A stretch of 21,843 nt of DNA. Source: Craspedostauros australis. Its lineage: Eukaryota. Below, piece by piece: positions 1 to 8,700 of this stretch. Location: assembly GCA_030167865.1 (NCBI GenBank), contig JALAGF010006649.1, positions 62,001 through 83,843 of the forward strand, read 5' to 3'. Each line of letters begins with the position of its first letter. The first letter of the stretch is position 1. A program made the translations under genes and the position numbers. Under the pieces are notes generated by a model that worked only from the letters and a program-made list of their open reading frames with translations, had not been told where the DNA came from and ran no database searches.

Positions 1-148
1 ACAAGCTCGCTTCCGATCAGCGTGGTGCCAAACAAGTGCGACCTGCATACTCCTGAATACCCATACAAAACAAGCTTGGGACACAATACTTCCACCTGTC
101 GCACGCACAGCACATCCTTCCGAATCATTATACATTGTCCATACGAGC

Positions 149-3025
149 ATGGTGGCGATAACCAACAACGCACAGCGCATGCAGCAGACACAAAGGAGCA
201 GCAATATCAGTGGCAACAGTAGCAGTAACAGTAGCAGTAACAGTGACAGTAGCAACGTTGATGGCTGGAGTGGTGACAGTCGACCACAAATACGAGCACG
301 AGCAGACGTGGAGAATCCCGCAAGCAACCAACCAGCAAACTCAGGAGTTTTGCGGCCGTCCAACACCGTTGATGCTCACTCAATGCCTTCACATGCATCA
401 TCGCAGTGCCCGGATTTGCGGCCTCCGCTGTCACCATCCTCGACGACCGCATTCCCACCACACACAGCAACACAAGCATCTGAGCCAGCATCAAGCACGG
501 CGTCGCAGCTGACACCGCGATCGGCCTCCGTCTCGCTCACCTCCCACAATCCCAAGATCAAGGCGAGATTCTCACCATTCGCGGATGACACCCTTCTGCC
601 GATCCCGGGAAAACTCGTGATGGCCGCGTCAACGATGGCGACATCGCCGTACATTTCCGTTTCTCCCACAACATCAGGGACAACAACAGCAGCAGCAGAC
701 GGGCCGTTCATTACCAATGCCCAAAGCGAATGCATGCTCATGTCATTGCGAGGCAAGACGCAGAAGCACCCCATCATCATCCAGCCTGTGATGGAGCCTG
801 TCTACTCCTACCTTCACGAACCACACCACGCAGCTTGCACATCACCAATCACAACACGATCGATACCGTGGGAACTTCTGCCGGCCACCATGGTTCCGAA
901 TGATGAGGGAGATCTGCAGCAACATCCCCAAAGTCAACGCAGAGGACGACGCCAGCATCATCTCGACTGCCACCACAACGCTACTGCGGATATCCACAAT
1001 CCAACAACGCCAAACAGACAGAGCAGCAAACGCTACACCAACGATGAAGTTCCATGCACCACAGCCAGCAACGGCGAGACTTCATCCGTTACCGCGCCAA
1101 CCCAAGCAGCGACCACAAACGAATGTCATGTTCCGAAGCAGAATTCCAATTCCGGCGACGCGCCCGTTCTCAAATCTTGTCTCAAAACAGCTACTCCCAC
1201 TGCTGCGGCGACGAGCCATGTTTCTCATCTTGCGCTGTCGCGGTCTCAAACCAGGACAAGTGCTGCTGCGGCTTTATCGCCACCCTCCATCAAATCCATC
1301 GCCTTCACACGCACCAAGCCACCAACGGGACGGCGCGTGACGGGATTGTGGAATGCCGAATCATCGTTCACGCGTCTTGCGGAACACACTGTTTCGCACA
1401 CGCTGTCCTTCCTTCCCCTTCTGGATCAGCTCCGCTTCGGCAGGACCTGCTTGCGTCATTCCGCTATCGTCCACGAAGTTAAGGACCATTGGCGTCACGT
1501 GGATGCCACCACGCTCGTGCAACGCCTGCATGCTCATTTCACCGTCAGCAGCGGTCACGCTTGTGCTGAGGCTACCACTACGAGTACGACTCTTGGCGAC
1601 GGCTGCGGAAGCACAAGTGCGGATACCGATGCTCACATCGCCATCAACAATGCTGCTGCGGTCGACACCATCGCGCATGCATCAACTGCGAAACCGTTCC
1701 TGAGGCGATCCAAGTCCCAAGCAACAGCAGGAATATCGGCCGCTGCAGCTCGACCCATTGCGGAACGTGTGGGAAAGCAGCTGGAGAAGCTGCTGCAGCC
1801 CCATCTGTCGCACATCAACGCCCTTGTTGTCCGTCATATTGGTGACCGGCTGTCGGCCCACTCCTGGCTGCCCAACGCGACCAACCTCCGACACCTTACG
1901 CTCACCCACTTCCGCGATCTCACGGACACGCATCTGCATGTCATGTGCATATCATCGACGCCCCACAACCAACGCATGCGTTCCAAGACGTTGCCTTTGA
2001 GGGAGCTCACCTTGTCGCACTGCCCCGCACTCACATCCATGGCATCCATCTCGCGCCATTGTCCCAGACTCGTCAAGCTCAACCTCCAGGGATGTCGCAA
2101 GATCCAGCGCATCGACAGCCTCAAACCGCTCCTGGCAACAGCTCAAGCGAACGGAGTCGCGCTGCGCGATGGAGGCGTTGCGAGGCCCAGTAATAGCGGC
2201 AACAAACTGAGCGGTCTATTCGCATCAGCGCCGTCCGACACGAACGCGACGTCAAAGCCGCTGCTGTCATCACTGTTCTCGGCTCCCAAACCACAGCCTC
2301 CTGCGCAGAACAAGTCGGGCATTTCATCGCTGTTCGCCCCGCCCAAGGCGCAGACACCGAATGCGTCTTTGGCGGCCTTGTTTGCGCAGCCATCATCATC
2401 CAATCCTGCAACGCAGCCAACCAACACGAACATGTTCTCTGGGTTGTTTGCTGCGCCGCAGACTGCAACCCCAACCACATCATTGCCCTCCCTGTTCGAT
2501 GCTCCATCTCAAGCAACGCAGCAACGGACCGAGCAAGCAGTTGGTGATGCAACTACTGCGAGCGTCAAAGCAACTACGAGTGGGGGGAAGGAAGATCCAA
2601 AAGCAACTCCCGTTGCAGAAGACGATGATGCCCCGCTTGCCACTACACCCCCACGCAACACGACTGCCAATCCGTTGGAGTCACTGTTTGCCCCTCCTGG
2701 CATGTCCCCATGCCGCAACCTGGCAGCCCGCAACACACCAACGACGAACACCTTTGGCACGAACGCAACTCCGCCCGGCCTCACCGAGCTCAACATCCTC
2801 GACACGGGCATCACGGTCTCACAATTTTGCAAGGACCTGCAGCCTCCGCACATCCTTCTGGAGCGTCTCCATATCCAGGGCCACAGCAACAAGAGCAACA
2901 CGGAACGGCTGTTGCAACTCATCCCGAACCTGTTGGTGCTCAACATTCAGCAGCAACCGCCCGTTCAGGAATGCCAGAGCCTCGCCACCAACGGGCGGTT
3001 GCTTGCGAACAGTCAATCGAGCTGA
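149..3025 (+). CDS. F-box / leucine-rich-repeat (FBXL/AMN1-like) protein with long disordered N-terminus, 958 aa
   Basis: Uninterrupted 958-codon ORF. F-box-like segment FTRLAEHTVSHTLSFLPLLDQLRFGRTCLRHSAIVHEVKDHWRHVD (~1367-1504). Cys-containing LRRs NLRHLTLTHFRDLTD, PLRELTLSHCPALTS and RLVKLNLQGCRKIQRI (~1880-2125). Further LRR-like units GLTELNILDTGIT, LLERLHIQG and NLLVLNIQ (~2777-2950). The first ~400 aa are S/T/P/Q-rich. The start codon is not independently verified. Confidence 0.8.
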   Translation: MVAITNNAQRMQQTQRSSNISGNSSSNSSSNSDSSNVDGWSGDSRPQIRARADVENPASNQPANSGVLRPSNTVDAHSMPSHASSQCPDLRPPLSPSSTTAFPPHTATQASEPASSTASQLTPRSASVSLTSHNPKIKARFSPFADDTLLPIPGKLVMAASTMATSPYISVSPTTSGTTTAAADGPFITNAQSECMLMSLRGKTQKHPIIIQPVMEPVYSYLHEPHHAACTSPITTRSIPWELLPATMVPNDEGDLQQHPQSQRRGRRQHHLDCHHNATADIHNPTTPNRQSSKRYTNDEVPCTTASNGETSSVTAPTQAATTNECHVPKQNSNSGDAPVLKSCLKTATPTAAATSHVSHLALSRSQTRTSAAAALSPPSIKSIAFTRTKPPTGRRVTGLWNAESSFTRLAEHTVSHTLSFLPLLDQLRFGRTCLRHSAIVHEVKDHWRHVDATTLVQRLHAHFTVSSGHACAEATTTSTTLGDGCGSTSADTDAHIAINNAAAVDTIAHASTAKPFLRRSKSQATAGISAAAARPIAERVGKQLEKLLQPHLSHINALVVRHIGDRLSAHSWLPNATNLRHLTLTHFRDLTDTHLHVMCISSTPHNQRMRSKTLPLRELTLSHCPALTSMASISRHCPRLVKLNLQGCRKIQRIDSLKPLLATAQANGVALRDGGVARPSNSGNKLSGLFASAPSDTNATSKPLLSSLFSAPKPQPPAQNKSGISSLFAPPKAQTPNASLAALFAQPSSSNPATQPTNTNMFSGLFAAPQTATPTTSLPSLFDAPSQATQQRTEQAVGDATTASVKATTSGGKEDPKATPVAEDDDAPLATTPPRNTTANPLESLFAPPGMSPCRNLAARNTPTTNTFGTNATPPGLTELNILDTGITVSQFCKDLQPPHILLERLHIQGHSNKSNTERLLQLIPNLLVLNIQQQPPVQECQSLATNGRLLANSQSS
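208..256 (+). repeat. Imperfect 12-bp coding tandem repeat (AACAGTAGCAGT) encoding a Ser/Asn tract
   Basis: ggcaacagtagcagtaacagtagcagtaacagtgacagtagcaac encodes GNSSSNSSSNSDSSN. Confidence 0.75.
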
Positions 3026-3956
3026 TGCTTTGTCCCAAGCGGACAATTTTGGGCGACGTCAAGGGTACTCAAACGTAATTGTAAAAGCACATAGGTACAC
3101 ATAATAGACGAGCATAGATTCAATACGACACATTCATGTGCTGTTCCATTGCGATGACCAGCGTGGGACACGTACCCGTGCTCGTGCCGTAGCTGCATCA
3201 GCATGCCGGAGGCCGTCCAGTAGCGCCGCCGTTTGCCAACTCTGCTTTAATTGATACACGACGTGCGAAAAGAGTTGTATCAAAGCTGCGCAAGGACAGA
3301 ATGGTGGGTCGCGATTTTCTCCTTTTTCCTCAGTTTGTGCGAGTGTGCGTCCTGTGCGCGTGTTTGAGTTTGGTTGGCTGGTTGGTTGATGGATCGACTC
3401 AGAGTTCCCGCACATTTTGACCCGTGCCAGCAGAGGACATTGGATCCCTGATCATGATGGGTGTTGTCTTGTTTGTCTTTGTCTCTGTTTTTGCCTGTTC
3501 GTTGGATCCGCGAAGGAATTGATTTTGTGACCAGTCGCCAGGCATGCTGTGACACGCCCAGCGCAACATGACCATGCCGCCGTGTCCAAGACCGGAAATC
3601 TCTCGCGAACACCAAACCGAAACATGTCGAGAGTCATTTGGAGAGGTTAAATGCTGCGGCCCACATCTCATAATTATTAAGCTCGGCCGTTCCACTTCAA
3701 CTCCGTTCGTATGCCGACACCCAAGACCTCCCGCAAACCCATCGGTCGCTTTGTTGCGGCTCTTTTGTTCGTGTTACGCAACACAAAGTCTCTTTGCTGT
3801 GCGCGTGTTAGCGCTATGTGTTCATCCAACTGCTCGCACAAACACAAACACGAGTATTGGAATGATCGCGCCACAAAAACACAACTGACCACACAAGACA
3901 GAGAAAGAGAGAAAGGGAGACGGACAGAGGAAGCTGAAGGCAGAGCAACAAGAACC

Positions 3957-5228
3957 ATGTCAATCGGACGACTGGAAGATGAAGCGTCTCAGCATGAACG
4001 TCGCGATCTCGAAGATGTGCACGTGAAGCAGAGCGTCGACGCGGATGTAGAATTGGGCCGTGATGATGGTGGATGCCCGTCTTGTGATTTCGCGACAGCG
4101 TCTGCCACAGGTCCATTGTCCATGGACGATACCATCACGAGTAGGAGCGGTACGGAGATGAAGATGATGGCTTCTGGAAGCGGCCCCTGTTGGTTTGATG
4201 ACGACGATGTCGATGCTGAGGAGGGACACGGCTGCTCTGTTGACTCTGAATTCTCTGAATCAGATGCATCTGCTGCGGTGGCGCACGCTGGGAGCTGTGG
4301 ACAAGCAAATGCCAAAGCATCTTCAACGATCCCTCACCAAAGTGAACACAAAAGTCAAGACGAAAGTCAACACAGAAGAGAGCAGGACGAGTGGAACGGA
4401 GCGTGCTTCATCCAAAGGGACGACACCAACAAGAGCAACGACAACCTGGAAGAGTCATCGTGCTGGTCCGGCAGAACGTCGTCATCATCGCTATGGTCGT
4501 CCTTCTCCTCAATGCGCTCAATGCGATCATCCACCTCATCGCTACCATGCTGCATCTCAGACGATGATGTGCTCTCCAAATCGCCGATGCTGCCTACGTT
4601 CGCCACACCACCACCACCAGTGGCACAGAATGTGTGTGCGTCAACACCCACAGTACCAACCGTTGCAGTCGATAAACAACACAAGAAAGCGCATTCCGCA
4701 TTCCTGCACACCTTCCGCCATCAACTGCTAGTATTCGCAGCGGCATTCTGTTTGGATACGATCGCGACAACCGCATCAGGTGCGGCCGTGCTCGTCACGC
4801 ACGCCGTCTTGATCAGCACATGGCTGTACAGCCATCCCACAAGCAGTGATGTGAAGATCGTGGCAACAGCCGCGACGTATTTGGTGGGACAATGGGGTCA
4901 AACGTTGGTGGGTGAGATGCAGTCACAGTACCCACCGCTGGCATTACCAGGTGCAGCGTCTGCGACGGCGACAGCCATGATGACTATCATCATGGTAATG
5001 TCGCTTGTCAGTTGCTTCTCTGCATGCATGATCACGATGTTCGCAGGAACTGAAGCTTCCAATACTCATGGATGTGATCTGGGGGACGACGACGATTGCG
5101 AGAACAGCAACAACAACTACATCTACAACAACGATGACATCAGCGATGATGGCATTTCAGCGGATCTTGCCCAAGGGGAATGGCAAGACCTGAGGGGTTG
5201 GGAGTATGAGAGCATGAATCAAGTCTAG
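3957..5228 (+). CDS. Hypothetical membrane protein: acidic/Ser-rich N-terminus, 3-4 hydrophobic segments, acidic C-terminal tail (423 aa; ORF is open upstream to 3711)
   Basis: Long ORF. The ATG at 3957 lies in an aaccATG context after a GA-rich, UTR-like stretch, so it is preferred over 3711. Hydrophobic blocks QLLVFAAAFCLDTIATTASGAAVLVTHAVLISTWLY, VKIVATAATYLVG and AMMTIIMVMSLVSCFSACMITMF. No family recognised. Confidence 0.6.
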   Translation: MSIGRLEDEASQHERRDLEDVHVKQSVDADVELGRDDGGCPSCDFATASATGPLSMDDTITSRSGTEMKMMASGSGPCWFDDDDVDAEEGHGCSVDSEFSESDASAAVAHAGSCGQANAKASSTIPHQSEHKSQDESQHRREQDEWNGACFIQRDDTNKSNDNLEESSCWSGRTSSSSLWSSFSSMRSMRSSTSSLPCCISDDDVLSKSPMLPTFATPPPPVAQNVCASTPTVPTVAVDKQHKKAHSAFLHTFRHQLLVFAAAFCLDTIATTASGAAVLVTHAVLISTWLYSHPTSSDVKIVATAATYLVGQWGQTLVGEMQSQYPPLALPGAASATATAMMTIIMVMSLVSCFSACMITMFAGTEASNTHGCDLGDDDDCENSNNNYIYNNDDISDDGISADLAQGEWQDLRGWEYESMNQV

Positions 5229-5765
5229 AGAGTGATGCATTCCATACACACCATACTAGTAGAACAGACAATAGAGCATTCTTGCACAAGGCTATTGCAA
5301 ACAACAGTTCCGCATGGTTGAAGTACCACTCAAATATTGTACATTGCATTCCCAACGAACGCGAGTGGAGGAAGGATGATGTACATACAAAGAGAGTTTG
5401 CTATTTCGTTTTGTTAGCGAGGATTGCGTTTGATGAATGTGTCGGCAGTGATCGATTGGAGTTGTGCTGATGAGATGGAGCAGCACGACGACGCCTGCTT
5501 TGCGTTTCTGAACTTGATTGTAGATGATCCTTCCAACTATCATCTCCGACAAGCCACGTCCATTGGCAACGCCGTGATGTTGCACAGCGAGAACGTCGTG
5601 CACGCCCTGACATCAACCAATCATTCATTCACCGATCCATTCACCCGATACAGATCAATGGACACAATCCTCTTCTTCGGTTGCGGTCAACCGCGTTCAT
5701 TCTGTTCGTGTTTGTCGTTCATGTTCATGCTCATGTTCGCGTGGAGTGCGCAGAAGCCTCATTGC

Positions 5766-8700
5766 TTAAGAGGTTTGCTGCGGTCGACGGAAGTTGTTGC
5801 GGAACTTGCGCAAGCCTCCAAAGCTGCGCGAGCCGCCGGATCCCTGAGATTCATCGCTCCGCCTGCCGGATGACGATCGCGAGCCGTTGCGCTTTGGCAC
5901 TCCGTTCTCGCGATTCTCCTGGCTGCTCGTGCTCTCCTTGGAGCCGCTGAACTTCACATCCGGAAAGTCGGCGGAGAATCCTTGCGCTTGCTGCTGCTGC
6001 TGTTGTTGCTGCTGTTGTTGCTGCTGGTGGAATTGCTGCTGCTGCTGCATTGGGACACGGTGTCCATAGGATGCCTGGACGCGCTGCGTCGCCGCTGCGG
6101 CCTGTCCTGGACGGGATGCGGCGGAATGTCTGGTGGTCTGGGTGGTGCCGGAAGCAGCGGTGTTGCTTGGGGAGATGCCATCAGCTGGGGCGCTGGCAAA
6201 GTCCATCGCGCCCTGCGAGAAGAAGGCGTGCTCCAGGACATGTCTCATGGAGTTCAGGCGCTGGTGTGGGTCGTGGTGCAGCATCCTTCGGAGGAGGTCA
6301 CGGCCGGCCTCGTTCTCAGGCGACACATGCTTCAGTGCCTTCTTGATGCTGTTCTCGTCCCACAGTCCGATCTTGGCGGTCTCCGTGTTGCTCATGGCGC
6401 GTTTGCCACGGCAGGCGTACGGTCCGAGCGGGACACCGGCGATGGCTTCGTACACAACAACACCGAAGGCCCAGATGTCGTACGTGGTGTGGGCTGGGAT
6501 TGGCACGACGGTGGCGACGAAGTTCTTCTTGCCGACAGCTGGGCGTCGGTTCTCAACCTGGATGGACTCGGGAGGGTGGTAGAATCCACGGCTTGGGTCG
6601 GTGCCACCACCAAGTGGCACACTTCCGCCAACACCGAGCAGCTTCCAGCGGCTGCCGAACTTGCCGATGTTGTGGGTTCCGAAGTCCCCGTGGATGATGC
6701 CATGCTCGTGCATGTGGAGGAGCGAGATACCGATCCTCTTGAGGGCCTTCGGTGGGAATGGCTTCCCGTTCTTCCTCATGTCAAGCATGAGATTCTCGGC
6801 GGTGGTGTCAGCGCCTTCCATCGTGATGCAGTAGCCTGGTTCGGCCATGGCCTCCGAGTATGCCGCATGCTGGACGGTGTGGTGCACGCTGATGATGGCG
6901 GGGACGTAGTGGCGCGACAGCTGGAACTCCTTGCGGATCTTGAGCTCGCGCTCGACGATCTCGGAGCGGGAGGTGAGCTTGGCGATGACCTGCTGTCCCT
7001 TCTCGCGTCGGATGTGGCGCAGCTTATCCTCGATGCTTTGCTGCGAGCGGCTGGTGAGAGTGGAGCGCATGCTCGTCTTGGAGGCACCGGAGATGTGGGA
7101 GGCGTCGTCGAACTCCTCGATGTAGTCGTCGGCTCCGTTGTCGTTCTTCTCCTCGTGCAGCACGGTGAAGGCGCCACCGCTGTTGGGTGGTGGGTCGTAT
7201 CGCAGGGCGTAGAAGATCTGCGTGTCGGACACTGGGTTGGTGTATGCCGGCCTCTGGTTGACGACCTCAAGGGTGTTGAAGAGTCGCAGCATGACGCGCA
7301 TCTCGTGCTTGCACACAGGGGTGGCAGCGGCGAGGGCAATCTTGCCATCCGGGCCTTCGATATGCGCCAAGGCCAGGACCTGCGGCTGGGTGCACGACTG
7401 CAGGATCTTGGTGACGACCTGGTGGTACAGATCCTCGGTGTTGGCGATGATGTGATTCCACGAGTAGTGATGTGGGATCAGCTGCGCGCGCACCTTCTCC
7501 GAGATGTCGATGGGCATGTCGCGCTTCAGGAGGTTGTGGACGATGAAATGGGAGTGCTCCTTGTCTGTGGCAACCTGGATTGGCAGAAGTCCCGTGGGAC
7601 GGTCCACCTGCGTGGCGAGGTCCGGCGCGTGGTTGAGAAGTCCCATGATGGTTCGATCGTCAGCGTTGTGCTTGAAGGCCAAGTGCAAAGGAGAATGGCC
7701 TTCCCCATTGAGGACCGCCGCACCCTCTGGGTATTGCATGAGGATGGCATTGGTCACGGCCGACGTGCACTGGAACTTAATGGCTGTGGCAACTGGCAGG
7801 TCTCCGTTCATGTCGGTCCTGGACACGGCTCCAGCGAAGCATGTGAGGAGGGTCTTGACGACCACAGGGTCGACGACTTCTCCGCATCGCAGCAACAGGT
7901 GCAGCGGGAGGTCGCCATTCTCGTCGGTGCGCTTGGCGGAGGCAAAATTCTCCGCCAGGAGTGCGGTGATGACACCGATGGAGGCGTGGTTGCGGCAGGC
8001 GATGTGCAGTGGCAGACCACCTCCGGAGTTGTTTGGCGGGCGGTACACCATCGTGTAGGCTCCCTCTGGCGATTTGGACAGGAGGAACTTGATGGCATCG
8101 ACCGCGTCGTAGTTGGCAGCGACGTGGATGGGCAGACGTCCCATCTTGTCGGTGTCGTTGATGCCCTCCTTGTAGGCGCTGTAGATGATCTCAAGCGCTG
8201 CGAGGTTGTCGTGCGCAGAGGCGTGGTGGATTGGCAAGGCGCCCATGTTGTCGCGGTGGATGAGTGCCTTGGGGTACAGGACCAGCACCATGTCGATGAG
8301 GAGAGTCCACGCACCGTTGTGGCGCGCGATCTTGTGAAGGGCCAGCTCCCCGCTCTTGAGGTCTGGGGCCTCCGCCAGCTCCGGGTGCTTGTCGAGGATG
8401 TTCTCGACCATGGCCCAGTTCTCTTCCTGGATCTCGCGGAAGAGCTCGGTGAGCTGCGCGCTGTCCACGTAGGCGGCCACCTGCCGGCCTGTCTGCGCTG
8501 GTGTGATCTGGCGTTCGCGGACGATGGGTGCTGCCTGTGGCTGCGGGGCCATGTGCTTTGGTGATTCGAGGTGCCTCATGACCTCCGGGCTCTGTCGTGC
8601 CATTGGCGGAGCCGACTTGCGGAATGGTGTCGTCTCGTTCTCGCGGGCTACATCGAGGTCATCGCGCGTCCTGCTGCCGCGGTACATGGCCTGCACGTTG

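Noticed and set aside
2207..2698. Interpretation of the SLF repeats as an FG-nucleoporin
   Set aside because: The motifs end in LFA/LFS/LFD rather than FG, and they sit inside an F-box/LRR protein.
3711..3956. Upstream extension of the 505-aa ORF
   Set aside because: It runs through CA- and GA-rich UTR-like low-complexity sequence, and 3957 has the better start context. Not fully excluded.
5292..5873. Short ORFs between the convergent 3957 gene and the myosin
   Set aside because: Non-ATG starts, overlap with probable 3' UTRs and no recognisable domain.
5982..8564. 860-aa + strand ORF antisense to the myosin tail (also 8571-9176, 9189-9917, 11349-11870)
   Set aside because: Codon-register shadow of a GC3-rich gene: few TTA/CTA/TCA codons means few antisense stops. 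It has V/L/G/D-rich composition, a non-ATG start and no motifs.
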